Assembly (NCBI GenBank): GCA_001643675.2
Contig: LSRY02000021.1
Span: 1,054,001 to 1,118,000 of the forward strand
Length of the DNA: 64,000 bases
From: Monocercomonoides exilis PA203
Taxonomy: Eukaryota > Protista > Preaxostyla
Direction: 5' to 3'
In this document: positions 12,666-24,800 of the stretch, in pieces
Position numbering within the stretch: the stretch's first letter is position 1
Layout: every line of letters begins with the position of its first letter
Notes under the pieces: generated by a model
What the model was told of the DNA's origin: nothing
Seen by the model: only the letters and a program-made list of their open reading frames with translations
The model's database searches: none
Made by a program: the position numbers and the translations under genes

Positions 12666-13115
12666 CAGTCCAAACCGGATATTATCACGTCGAATATAAT
12701 CACATTCGTATATAGTCACATTTTTCCATGCACCGACATTTTTGGCCTGTTTTTCATTCATTTTCCATCGCATATAATCACAGGGTTGAAAATATATAAT
12801 AACATTTTTTATTATTATGGGTGATTTTTTCAAAGAAAAACTAATTTTTTGATCGAAAATCTCAATTTTTCGCGTTTTCAAAAATGTGCTTATATAAGTC
12901 AAAATAATATGCATTTATGCAAAAAATTAATTTTGCAAGTGAAAAATGCATTTTGATGAAGAATTTCCGAAAATAAAAAAATCGACACAAAATTAATTAA
13001 TTAGTTAATTAATTTTTATTTTTATCTGTGTTAAGCAGCATCGAATATTATCACAATCGGATATAGTCAAAAAAAGTTGTGCAAAAACCGATGTGATTAT
13101 ATCCGGTTTAGACTG
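12666..13115. mobile_element. 450-bp Tc1/mariner/pogo-type MITE with TA target-site duplication
   Basis: TA|CAGTCCAAACCGGATATTATCAC ... GTGATTATATCCGGTTTAGACTG|TA, with internal ATCAC/GTCAC subterminal repeats. Confidence 0.9.
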
Positions 13116-13678
13116 TATTCTTTTTGTTAAGTCGCAAATATTCAATATCTTTGTTTACATTGAATGGACTTATTTGATTATCTTTAGTGATTTATCCATC
13201 GAATATTTCCGCAATGCATAAATTCTCTTACCAAATAGATTTTTACATTCAAATTGACAAAATGATAAACTTTGATGTATTTGTTGTGAAAATTGATCAA
13301 ATTATATAAATTACATTTTTCTCAGTTATCAAACATTTGCGACTTTTCAAAAAGAATAACCCATTTGAAAAATTTTTTGATCGAAAATAAATTTTGAATA
13401 AAATTAACGAGAAGCGAGTCAAATGACACGCACAATCTTCCAACGTATTTACTATTCAAGAGGTTATTCATCGTGACTTTGACATCCCGTTATATCTTGG
13501 TGAATGAAACATTATATCCATCTTACAATTTTTCCATTCCACATTACTCACCTAACACAACATTTGGACAGGTTCGTTTTTGCTCATTTGGAGCAAAATA
13601 TGTCACTTCAAGCTTTTTCGTAGAAAAATTACGAACTTTATTTGACTTTTTGTGATCCAAAAATATAGGGGAAATGTG

Positions 13679-13965
13679 CAGTCAAAACCGGATATCATCA
13701 CATCGGTTTTTGCACAACTTTTTTTGACTATATCCGATTGTGATAATATTCGATGCTGCTTTACACAGATAAAAATAAAAATAAAATTATACATTAATTA
13801 ATTTTGGGTCAAATTATTTGTTTTTGAAAATTCTACATTAAAACGAATTTTTCACTTGCTTTAACAATTATGATCATAAAAACACATTATTTTGACTTAT
13901 ATAAGCACATTTTTGAAAAAGCGAAAAAATGTAATTTTTTGATCAAAAAATCGATTTGGGAAGAA
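13679..13965 (-). mobile_element. Partial inverted copy of the 12666-13115 MITE (right ~290 bp)
   Basis: CAGTCAAAACCGGATATCATCACATCGGTTTTTGCACAAC... is the reverse complement of 13115 back to ~12830. Confidence 0.85.
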
Positions 13966-14857
13966 AAATTTTGCTTTATGAATATTGTTCCACACAATAC
14001 TTACAAACATTATTCTCAATTTTAAAAATTTTCTGTTCTTTTTTTTTTTTTTTTTTTTTTGAACTGAGTGATTATGTTCGATTTCTTTTTTTTTCGTTCA
14101 AAATTTCCGATTTGACAATTTTGTACAAGAAAATATATCGTAAACACAGAAAAGTGATAATTACAATCAAAAATATCCCAATCTTTCTTTTTCGTCAACT
14201 TTTGGCTTTTGAAAGGATTGAAAAACATTAATGTTCAAAGGCTAGTTATTTGGTAAATGAAATTGAATTTTCAAAATAATCAACACATCGAATAAAGAAA
14301 TGATTTTATAGATAATCACCCAAATATGTGTGAACTCACAACACTTTATGTCATAATATCAATGATATTTGTTTATTGATATGACTTTTTAATTTATTTG
14401 GCAATCTAAAAAACTTGAACAAAATTATTTAAGAGAACAAAATATTTATTATTTGAACAAGAAAAGATTGAAAGTCGGTATTTTTCCGTATATGAATGTC
14501 GAGATGTTAAGGATACTGAATTTTGTTGGTGTGTTACAAAGGGAAACAACAAAAGGTGGGAAGAAACATTTTTGTTATGTTCAAAATGTCAGCAAAAAAT
14601 AAAAATCATATAATAAAAATTAATTAAATAAAAAAAATCTAATTATGATTGACATTTTTTTATTTTTTATTTTTATTTTTTAACTTATTTATTTTTTTTG
14701 CCTGATATTTTTATTATATTTTTTATCTTTTATTCAGGTGTTGTTATCTTGAAAATAAATTGGAAAATAATTCTCCTCTATTTTCAATTATCGATCAAAA
14801 TGATCTGTTATAGAACAAAAAATTTTCAATTCAGTTATAGATTTCTCTTGTTTAAAT

Positions 14858-17800
14858 ATGAAAAAGAATTCATGTTCTATGTGTCAAATGACTATCCTCA
14901 CTTTTTTTTATGTTTTTTTGGAGTTGACAGCAGCTTCTACTCCGCTTGTTAATTCATTTAGCAAAATTCCTCTTCACGGAACTCCTCCTTCTCCTCGGCA
15001 ATATCCAATTTTGGTTCCATTGCCATCCTCCACTGTGGAAAATCCTGCTTTTATAGCATTTGGTGGAATAGATGGAAGGAAGTACTATCTCGAGAATGTT
15101 CTTCAATTCGGAATTAATTCTGGAGAATGGAACAGCGTAGAAGTTAATGGTATAACATCAACTCCAAAGCGATGCGACTTTGCTTATTATACAACTAAGT
15201 CGGACATTGTCATATGGGGAGGAATGGGGCCAGATGGATTTTACGATGATATGTGGTCATTTAATCTCCAAACAAAGGTCTGGTCTGAAGTTTCACAAAG
15301 CCATCAAAGGCCAACAGCAAGACAGGGAGCAGCATTTGCTCAATATGATAAATTTTTTGCAATTTTTGGAGGAAGAGATAATTCTCAAAAACAAAATGAT
15401 GCGTGGCTATTCAACATTGAAACGCATGAATGGAGTCAAATAGCAAAAACAGATAACACTCAGGCACCAAATGTACCATCAACCAGGGCATATGGTAATG
15501 CTTATCTATCAAGTTCATATATTTATGTGTTTGGCGGATACACCTCAAAAGGGAATCAAAGCGAAAAAGTGTACAGACACCCTTTGAATCCAAATGCAAA
15601 CGAAGACAATAAATGGGAACTTATGACTCTTCAAAAAATTGAAAAATCTAATTCTAGAACTTCTGATGTTAATTATGAGTTAAATGAAGATGTTCCAAGA
15701 CCACGATCATCGAGCGGAATTGCAGTTGAAGATAAGCGCGTGTTTATTTTTGGAGGAGAAGATTGCTCTGTCAGCCCAGTGCAGTATGTTAGAGAGACAC
15801 TTTTGTATGATTTTAGCACAACCGACACTGACAAGACGGTGAAATGGCAAATTTTTCCAATGAAAGATGAAGATAATGTCTCGCCTAGACGTGATTGCGG
15901 AACAACTCTAATGAAGATAAAGAAGGGAGAGAATATTATCACAAAGGTATTTGCATTCGGTGGCATACGCGATGGCTCTGTTTTAGGGGATTTGGTTTCA
16001 TTAACCGTTCCCAGCAAAAATGAATATGTTTTTTCTGAGAAAGTGTATTTCAATTCATCAAAGGAGAATTCAGTTCAAAGTGAAACGATTGAATCTCCTA
16101 ACGAATATGGAGCCATTGGCGAGTATGTGCAAGAAACGGTTCCTGTTCCAAGTATTCCTAATCCAAGAGCGCATCACAGAGCGCTTGCGGCTTTGGGCAG
16201 GATGTGGGTGTTTGGCGGAACAGGAGAAGGTGGAGTGTTGTTCAATGATCTTTTCTCCTTTGATTTAACTGATCCAGATCCTGTTTCGAAAGGAACTTGG
16301 CTTGAACATTCATACGTAGGAGACGTTTCTCCTCCAGCAAAATCCAATTTTGTGTTTGTAGAGCATTCAGGGCGCTTATTCATTTTTGGAGGGAAAGGAA
16401 TCGATCCAATCACAGGAAAGCAGACTTCCACAAATGATTTATGGGAATACTCTATTTTGGCAAAGCAATGGAAGCAAATAAAGCCCAAAACGAATCTTCG
16501 TCCACCTCTCTGCTATGATTCTGCAGGAATATTGCTGCATAAGCATATCTATATATTTGGGGGAAGAAAAGATAACATGGACGTCATTAACGAGCTCTGG
16601 AGTTTCAGTTTAGTTTCGCTTGAATGGAAAAAGCATAAATATATGCCTCAACTCACAAATTCAGTTCCTAAACCTATTACAGAAAAAACTTTGCAGGATT
16701 ACGTGATGAATGAAAGGCGGAATGATCGAAATAATTCAAATAGCGCTCAAAAGAATGAAGAAAAAAGAATCAGAGGAACGGGAAAGCAATCAAATGATTC
16801 ATTAAACACAATATTTTCTAATGGAAAAGAATCGAATGAAGAGCAAGCTTCTAGTCGAGCATCTATTTGGAGTTTGAGTCCTTCTGAGCAAAGACGCTAT
16901 CGCAAATACCCTGGCCTTGCTGACATTGACGGAATAGATATGACTGAGCATCCTTCACGTCATTCACAATTTGCTCAAACAGGCAAAGATTCTTCAATTC
17001 AACGTTCTTTGGGAAATTTATCATCAGATTCATATGAGCCTCTTCCCAGAGAATCAGCAACGCTATACCCTACAACATATACACATAACGGTGTTGAGCG
17101 AGATTTGGTGATAATTGCTGGTGGTGTTAATGAAGCACGCGAAAGCTATCTGACACTCGATCGAATCATTCTTCCACTTGAAAATGATGATTCGCCGGAC
17201 GTGATTGTTCTTGATCCGTTTAATCCAGACATTGAAGAATATAAAAATATACCAATATACTATCGATCTTACACAGCTGTAGCTGAAAATGGAATCGTTT
17301 CGTTTGCAGGCTTATCTGTTGACGATGCAAAGGATCGAATTAACTATTGGAAACTTAATGATCAAAGCCACATTGAATTTTTCTATTGCCAAGATAAAGA
17401 AAAATATCCATTTATTTCAGGTGGCTCTGCTGTATATCATGGCAGAAAGCTTTTTTGCTTTGGCGGTAATATTGTTGGGCTGAAGCTTCCTTCTGAAAAT
17501 CAGTATCACAACCAGTTTTGGGTTCTGAACTTAAATCAATCCTATTTCAGCTGTTCTCCTGGGACAAAAAACGGAGAAGGAGAGCTGTGCGAAATCTGCG
17601 ATGTGGGCACCTTCAGCAAAAACTTTGCATCGAAAGATTGCGTTCAATGCAATGCAGGAAGTTACAATCCCATGAAAGGAGGAAAAGCTGGATATCATTG
17701 CATTGCCTGTCTTCAGGGCGAGTACAACAACAAAGATGGTCAAGGAAAATGCGAGCCGTGCGATGAAGGGAAATACTGCCCGATTGGTTCGAGGCTTCAA

Positions 17801-19066
17801 AATGCATCCAAACCAGAACTGAGAGATGTTGATCATCAGCCGCCTTTGTACGAGTCTAAGGATTCGTGGAGTTTAATAATAACAGGAATCAGCTATGGTG
17901 GTGGATTGTTAATAGGGATAATTATATCGCTTATTTGTGTCTGCTGTCCGTCTCGTTCGTATTTGTTTAAGCTTGACTTATTTTCGGATAAGCATTCAAA
18001 CAAGCTTGATCCAATTACAAACACTGCACCAAAGGTCCTTAAGAAAAGTAGAATTGGTGGATTTGTATCGATCATTTATTTGTGTTTTGCAATTGGAGCT
18101 GCATGTGCTGTTATTGTTGAATTCTGTGTGAATCATCTGACTGAGACAAAATCTGTTATTTCAGCAGTGATGGATCCATCGACTCAACTAAATAGTGTTG
18201 AGGTGAAATATTTTCGAGCTTCGTTGGAGCTGAAAGATTTTTTTGGTGGATGTGCAGCTGGAGTAGATGATCCTAATGTCGCAACTGACTGGACAGATTG
18301 CCACAAAGATTTTAGAGCTTCAACTTCACAAATAATAATAAAGGATGCTGATGGCAACACTAAAGATCCTGAACTCAAGTGCAAGCAGACTCCTTCAAAC
18401 AATAAATTACTCAGAAATGTTGTTGACTGTGAAGTTCAGCTTGAGCATAAGAATGTTGTGCTTGACTTTCCCAAATCGGGCACATTTCCGTCTATTTTCA
18501 TTGACACAAAGACAGAAGATGCTCATTGCTATGCAATGTATGCAACTTTAGAGGTTGATACAGGAATTGATTATGACAATATTCACAAGCGAGCTTCTCT
18601 AAATCAACTTTTGGCAACCTCAAAAACTGGAAAACCTTTCAAAGGAACTAACTCGACAAAATTTATTTTCCAGATGATTCCTTCAATTTTCACGAACCCC
18701 AGAGGTTACCCAACTGTTGGCTTTCAGATTGTTGAGACGAAGGTGAACGAAGGCTCAACAGCTGAAGCCGATGAAATATTTGTTCTTTATGGCCTTTCTG
18801 CAGAGATGCAATTTATCAAAGATGTTAATATTTTGAAAACAAATTGGGTTGAAAGACAAAAAATACCTGCCTTTTTGGCAAACATTATGTCAACAATGAT
18901 GGGCTTTATGGGAATATTTGGAAGCGCTGTGATGGTGCTTGAAGTGCTTTCTTCGATGAGGCTTCCCTGTGCAAATAAACTAAAAGAAGGTATTTTCAAA
19001 AAACTGAGAGACGATAAAGATGAAGAAGTGATGCCGCGTCACCAGTATTATGCCCCTATGATTTGA
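14858..19066 (+). CDS. Kelch-repeat surface protein: signal peptide, about two beta-propellers, GCC2/GCC3 (TNFR/ephrin-receptor-like) Cys-rich repeats, 3 predicted TMs
   Basis: Repeated FGG/WGG...D+W.F/Y...W Kelch motifs. CxxCxxGxY/F repeats (CEICDVGTFS, CVQCNAGSYN, CIACLQGEYN, CEPCDEGKYCP). Hydrophobic N-terminus and three C-terminal hydrophobic segments. Uninterrupted 1402-aa ORF. Confidence 0.9.
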   Translation: MKKNSCSMCQMTILTFFYVFLELTAASTPLVNSFSKIPLHGTPPSPRQYPILVPLPSSTVENPAFIAFGGIDGRKYYLENVLQFGINSGEWNSVEVNGITSTPKRCDFAYYTTKSDIVIWGGMGPDGFYDDMWSFNLQTKVWSEVSQSHQRPTARQGAAFAQYDKFFAIFGGRDNSQKQNDAWLFNIETHEWSQIAKTDNTQAPNVPSTRAYGNAYLSSSYIYVFGGYTSKGNQSEKVYRHPLNPNANEDNKWELMTLQKIEKSNSRTSDVNYELNEDVPRPRSSSGIAVEDKRVFIFGGEDCSVSPVQYVRETLLYDFSTTDTDKTVKWQIFPMKDEDNVSPRRDCGTTLMKIKKGENIITKVFAFGGIRDGSVLGDLVSLTVPSKNEYVFSEKVYFNSSKENSVQSETIESPNEYGAIGEYVQETVPVPSIPNPRAHHRALAALGRMWVFGGTGEGGVLFNDLFSFDLTDPDPVSKGTWLEHSYVGDVSPPAKSNFVFVEHSGRLFIFGGKGIDPITGKQTSTNDLWEYSILAKQWKQIKPKTNLRPPLCYDSAGILLHKHIYIFGGRKDNMDVINELWSFSLVSLEWKKHKYMPQLTNSVPKPITEKTLQDYVMNERRNDRNNSNSAQKNEEKRIRGTGKQSNDSLNTIFSNGKESNEEQASSRASIWSLSPSEQRRYRKYPGLADIDGIDMTEHPSRHSQFAQTGKDSSIQRSLGNLSSDSYEPLPRESATLYPTTYTHNGVERDLVIIAGGVNEARESYLTLDRIILPLENDDSPDVIVLDPFNPDIEEYKNIPIYYRSYTAVAENGIVSFAGLSVDDAKDRINYWKLNDQSHIEFFYCQDKEKYPFISGGSAVYHGRKLFCFGGNIVGLKLPSENQYHNQFWVLNLNQSYFSCSPGTKNGEGELCEICDVGTFSKNFASKDCVQCNAGSYNPMKGGKAGYHCIACLQGEYNNKDGQGKCEPCDEGKYCPIGSRLQNASKPELRDVDHQPPLYESKDSWSLIITGISYGGGLLIGIIISLICVCCPSRSYLFKLDLFSDKHSNKLDPITNTAPKVLKKSRIGGFVSIIYLCFAIGAACAVIVEFCVNHLTETKSVISAVMDPSTQLNSVEVKYFRASLELKDFFGGCAAGVDDPNVATDWTDCHKDFRASTSQIIIKDADGNTKDPELKCKQTPSNNKLLRNVVDCEVQLEHKNVVLDFPKSGTFPSIFIDTKTEDAHCYAMYATLEVDTGIDYDNIHKRASLNQLLATSKTGKPFKGTNSTKFIFQMIPSIFTNPRGYPTVGFQIVETKVNEGSTAEADEIFVLYGLSAEMQFIKDVNILKTNWVERQKIPAFLANIMSTMMGFMGIFGSAVMVLEVLSSMRLPCANKLKEGIFKKLRDDKDEEVMPRHQYYAPMI

Positions 19067-20314
19067 AATGTCCATTCATTTTTTGGTGTTCATTATTTAT
19101 TTCTTCGTTTTTATAGAGCTAATATATATTATAAATTTTGTCGATGGAGATTCTTGTTTGAGAAAGTTTATTCTTTTTTGACGTGTATTTAAATTTTGCA
19201 TGAAAAGCGTTATTTGAGATTCCAATTTAAAATGACCGTGAATTGATCTGATTATAAATATCGAAAAAATAACTGAATTTCTTTTAATTCTCTTTTTTTT
19301 TAACATTTTTTGTTCGAGCATTTAATGAATTTCAGTTTCTATCAATTTCATTTCACAAAGGAAAATTCTTCTAAAGAAAGTATTATTTTATTCATAAAAT
19401 TTCTCAGTTCATATCAGTTTTGCATTTTGACTTACTGTTTTGTGTATTTATTGCTTTTCATGTTAGCAACAATATACGTTAAATAGAATAAGGAGAGACT
19501 TTTATTTGGATATGCATTTATATCGTTTTTCTGGTTTTGTTCTTTTAGATTTAAAAATTTTTGAGAAGGAAGCTTTTCTGACTTTAATGAATTGGTAATT
19601 TGAAAGATAAATGGATGGTTAACGAATTATTTAATTTGCTCAAGGATTGCAAGGGCGCATGCTTGCCAAAATTTTCGCAACGCTTTTGATCTCCATTTTC
19701 ATTTGCATAATAGGCAAACAACAGTTTTTAGAAATTTCGCAAGTTTTCAATTGGTTAAATGATTTTTTTGAGATTAATGAGATAAATAAAATTCTTCTTG
19801 AAAAGAACGGTTGAGCTTTTCCTAAAATTTGTCTTTAAATTGTAAAAAAACTACCATCAATAATTTTGATATCGATTCTTTTAATGTTTGAAAATAAATA
19901 TGAGCTCAAATAGAAACGCTCTAAGTAATTTTATATCACTAACTTTTCTTTGCATTTCATGAAAAGAGTTTTTTATTCATTTACAAATATTAATATTAAT
20001 AATTATTTATTTATAGATTTTCATGATTTTCAAATGTCTTTTTTTTGTTGGTGAAAATAAAGTTCACAGTGAGAGATAAACGGAAATATTTGATGTTAAC
20101 CATCTCATCCACTCTTCATTTCTGAAATAGAAATGAGGAAAAAAAAATTGCTTTGAATTTTTTCATTTGATATTTTTATAACGGTTAAGTTCAAATATGA
20201 TCTGATATATAATTTTAACTTACTCCTGCGAAAAAAAAGCTTATTGCCTTTTTTTGATTTATTATTTCAAATCTGTAAATAAGATATTGATTTTCGTCAT
20301 ACGGACTTTTATTT

Positions 20315-21199
20315 ATGATATTATTTTCGAGCTTAACGATTTTCTTTGTTGCTGGGTTCTTTTTTGATTCAATTTTTGCTGAATCAAGTGTTAGTCCTTC
20401 CAGTGATGATTCATATACTCTACCAAAAATCATATGGTTATATTGGGAAGGAGATATGAATCCTGAAGTTCGCTATCTTCTCCACAATTTTAAAGAAAAA
20501 ATCAAAGATTTCACACTTATTTTCATTACAAATACAACGATTAATTTATATTTGGACCCACTTACTATTCCATCTCAATTGAAACAATTTCCTCGCGCAA
20601 ACAAAGCTGATTTTTATCGAATGCAATTGCTTTATCAATATGGTGGATTGTGGATGGACTCAACAACGTACCTTAAAAACGACTCCCTCGTGGAAGAATG
20701 CTATCATGATCTAATGGAAGCAAAGGCGGATTTACTTGCATACAATAGTTGGTGGCATCCAGCTTATCACATTGAACTTTGCTTTATGATGGCCCCAAGA
20801 GGCAGTCCCCTTCTTGAAAAAGTCTTAAATGAGTTTAAAGTTATGGTTTCAACAGGAGCTGCTGCATATATGGAAAATAATATTAAAGGTGGAATTATAA
20901 TTAAGAGCCCTATTGTTTATACACCCCCAACAAAAACAGCTCCTGCACATTATGATACATATTTCGCTCCTTATGTGTGTATGCAAACTGTTGTTCAGAG
21001 GGTTTATAATGGAAATCCTAATGCAGTTCTTCGAAAATCCGAAGATGAACTTTACAAGCTTCAAGATTCGTGCAAATGGGATTCCAGATGCATCGCAAAA
21101 GAATGGATGACTAATCCAGAAATCCAAGAATATCCTATCGTAAAATTTCACTCGGGATCAAGAGGGAGAGTCGTGTTTCCAGCAGTTGAAATTATTTAA
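20315..21199 (+). CDS. GT32 / capsular-polysaccharide-synthesis-like glycosyltransferase with N-terminal signal or anchor
   Basis: LPKIIWLYW, KADFYRMQLLYQYGGLWMDST (the family SD++R+.+L..YGG+W+D signature) and FMMAPRGSPLL. Confidence 0.85.
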   Translation: MILFSSLTIFFVAGFFFDSIFAESSVSPSSDDSYTLPKIIWLYWEGDMNPEVRYLLHNFKEKIKDFTLIFITNTTINLYLDPLTIPSQLKQFPRANKADFYRMQLLYQYGGLWMDSTTYLKNDSLVEECYHDLMEAKADLLAYNSWWHPAYHIELCFMMAPRGSPLLEKVLNEFKVMVSTGAAAYMENNIKGGIIIKSPIVYTPPTKTAPAHYDTYFAPYVCMQTVVQRVYNGNPNAVLRKSEDELYKLQDSCKWDSRCIAKEWMTNPEIQEYPIVKFHSGSRGRVVFPAVEII

Positions 21200-21820
21200 T
21201 ATTTTTAATATTCATTCGTTTCATGATCATCTCAATTGTGTTTTTCTTAAACATAATTTTGAAATGATCACACATCATTTGTTTAATTGTATTACAACAT
21301 TTATCTCATTTTTATATTAGTTTTCGTTATTGAATGATTCACTACGCATTATAAAAATGTAATCTAAGTCTTCCTTTACATCGCTTTTTTTATCATTCAA
21401 TCGAGTGCTTTCTCAAATTTCAAGATATGTTGATGTTACACAACAAATCCTCATTCTCACTTTCAGTTGAAGCATGTTTCTTTATTTAGATAAAAACGTA
21501 AATTGAATTGAATTAAATGTCGAAATTGTTAAATAAAATAATCACACATCAATTATAATAATTAGAAAATAAAATAAGTTTGAAAACATAAGAAATAATT
21601 GAAAATATTGTTTTGATACAAATAGATGAACATAATTTTTCTTTTCAGCAAAGAAGGTTGAAAAAGAAGAACTCAATTTTTACCTTTTAAAACTATAAAA
21701 AAATACATATTCTTTATAAAAGCATGAAAATTTGTGAAAAGTGATACATAAAGAGTAACTAATGAACATACGAGCTAAAAATTTCAAAATACATAACAAT
21801 GAAAAAACAGAAATAAATAT

Positions 21821-24800
21821 CTACTGCATGTATAGATTCCGTTCAAAGCGTGCATCATATCTACTAAAATGATCAACCAGCACTCGAATAACAGCCTGAG
21901 AAACGCATCCTGCTGTGGCTGGATCCGAAAATCCCATCGTTGAAGGCGAATGCAGCGACGGGGAGAAAAGCAGGTCCCCCAGAAAAGTGACTCGCTGCCT
22001 CAGACGCAAATGCTCGCGATGGTGCTCTTTGCGAGCAGCTGCCACAGAAGTTGAAAACGAAGGCGATGTAGGAGTGTACGGCGCACTGAATGTGGGTGTG
22101 AGCACAGCCGTGTGGCCAAACACATTCGCCAGCGAGGTGAACTCCGGAGTCAGTCTCTGCTCCACTGGAAAGAGCGTCTCTTCGTCTTCGATGCTCTTCA
22201 GCGACTCAAAAATACACACTTCTTCCTGTTTGAACCATTGTTCCAGTGCTGCTAGAAGGCTGCGCAGAGAGGCTTGGATTGCATCGATGCGCTGTTCTAA
22301 GGGCTTTTTGTTTTTGCCGCTAGGCTTCGAGCTCAAACTGGGGAAAGAGCATTTAAAGACTGCTTGTGCAAATGCCACACCTCGTTTGAAGATGTATTTG
22401 TGCTCTTCTTTGTAGAATAAGTTGCTTCCAGTCACCTGCACAGCTATCTGCTTGTAGTACAAAGGAATCGGAGGAGGCTGAAGCTGTGCGGAGTGGTATT
22501 GCGGAACGATGATTGCGTGCTGATTGCCGAGATGGACGCGCGAAGTTCGATCCATCAGAGAAGAGACAGAAGCAGCTGGAGGAACAGATAGAGCAGTGGG
22601 AGGAAACTGAAGAGACACCAGCGAATGAGTCGAGGTTATGCCGTTGGGTGCTGCCTTCTGAGCAATTGGAGAAAGAACTTCCAACGTGGGAAGAGCAGAA
22701 ACAGAGGCTGCGTTTGAAGCTGGAAGAGAAGATGCGGAGGGAGTCAACGTTAATGAGCCAGATGTGAATGAAGGTGCGATGCGTGATGCAGACTGATGTG
22801 GTACAAGGCCTTGATGAAGAGAAGGAGACTGATAAGGCTGTTGTGTTTGTTGCTTTTGAGGTTGTAAAGGTCGAATTGAAGGAAGTGGAGGAGATATTGG
22901 AGCAGGCACTGTATAAGGGAACAGGGCTGATGCAGAAGATGAAGCAACAGTTGAAAAGGAGTTATGTGAAATAAGTGGCGGATTTGGTGAGCGTGAAAGA
23001 GAAGGAAGAGGAGGCGAAGCGAGCTGAGAAGGATAGCTTGGAACAATATCCTCGGGTGACCGAAACATTGTATTGGAAAATTCAGTTTCGCGCCTCGATC
23101 GTTTCGTCAAGGTGCCATTTTGCTGTGCGCTTAGAAGAATCTGAGGAGATGGGCTGGGAGAGTGCGATGGCATTTCATGTGTTGCATGGCGCTTGGCGCG
23201 GACTTGCATTTCAATTGCAGCTGTTGAAGAGTGTCTGACAAGGCGGCCACTCTTTTTTGAGCTGAGCCCGTAAAAGGTGCTTGTGGAAGGCACCATCATC
23301 ACCGAATGTGTAGATGTACGCCCAGTGAGCGAGCCAGGCTGCTCCACTGCTCCTGTGGCATTCGAACGTATCTCGTTGTTTCTCTCAGCTGAGAGCTGAT
23401 TGTTCTCGTCTCCAGACATCTCTCTCACGGCTGCTGGGTTAATTTGGTACAGATGGAGCACAGTTTCGCAGGAGTCGATCAGATCTGGTGGTAAAAGCGT
23501 GATGATTCGTGCAGCCTTTTCGCGAGTGACTGAGTAGATTCTCCGAATGGATGTGGTCAGAAAAAGAAAACTCAACAAAAGAGCCACGCAACACAGTACA
23601 GTTGACAGAATTACAGCAATGCTCGAGTCTCGTTCTGTTGCCACGCCATCTTCATAGATGATGTTTGTGAGTTGGTCGATTCCAACACCCAGATCGTATT
23701 TGATGGCAGACATTGTGAACTTGAAGAGCTCTGAGTCATAATTTACCAGAAATGTCTGGTTCGTCCTTTGCGCATCCATCGCAGAGTGTGCAAGGATGCT
23801 CATTGAGAACATGATCTGAGCAATCAGCTGCGACAGGCCAGCAACCGATGCATCTGCATGATAGATGCGCTGAGAAAGATCTGTTTTGCCACCGGGAAGC
23901 GCAAGGCACTCCTCTTCTGTTGAATAAAAGCAACTGCGCTGTTTCAAAAGATATTCCGTGTTCAGTTCAGCTGCAATGTGGATGTGCTCTCTGCCAAGAG
24001 TCACAGATCGCATGTAATTGCTTGAGTTATCGATGAAGTGGAGGAACGAATGAATAGCTTCAAAGTGCTCGCTGACTCCACCCAAAATCTGCCCCACAAG
24101 AGAAGGCTGGTCAGACAGATGGTCTGTTGAGTTCCAAACAGGATTGATGGAGTTTGGAAACTCGTATCGTTCGTATGTCTGAATGGTACTGCCAGGAAAG
24201 CAGCAGCGTAGCAAAAGAGTTTGCATAGCGTGCAAAAGAACAGAACGCTCGCTGGACAGCACGATTTTCGAGCACAGATTAGTGGCAGTATCGCCAAACA
24301 GCTTGACAACAGTAGACAGAACAGCTGAGACAGCAATTATTAGCAAGAGCGACACAATCATAATTATAATTAGCGAGCGAGGAATAAGCGAAGGCAGCGA
24401 TGAGCGCAAAACATTGTTCAGTGCAATGATTTCATCTGTTGTTTCCTTCTCCCAATCTGAATCATCCACAGAATTGCGCAGAGCTCCACTTGCAACAAAA
24501 GGCACCTGAGTCGTAGTTAACTCCACTTTGTTCTCAGAAGTTGTGTTAGAAATTGGATAAAAAGGTGATTGCTGAGCAGCAGGAAACGAAGGGGTATCAT
24601 CCACATCTGGAATGACAAGTGGAGAAGGTGTTGCTATCCCTCGCTTATCTTGATAAGGACGAAGATGCAAAGAAAACGATGACGATCCGCGATCTTTGAT
24701 GTGAGAATGCATTACATTATACATATTTGATTCGTCTGTGCTTTCATCTGCTTTGATAGTCGGAGAAGACGAAGGAGGAAAAGCAGGAATTTCGCTGTTG

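Noticed and set aside
12666-13115. Short recurring ATCAC/GTCAC units resembling a CRISPR or iteron array
   Set aside because: Spacing is irregular, the units lie inside TA-flanked TIRs, there are no cas genes and the context is eukaryotic. They are MITE subterminal repeats.
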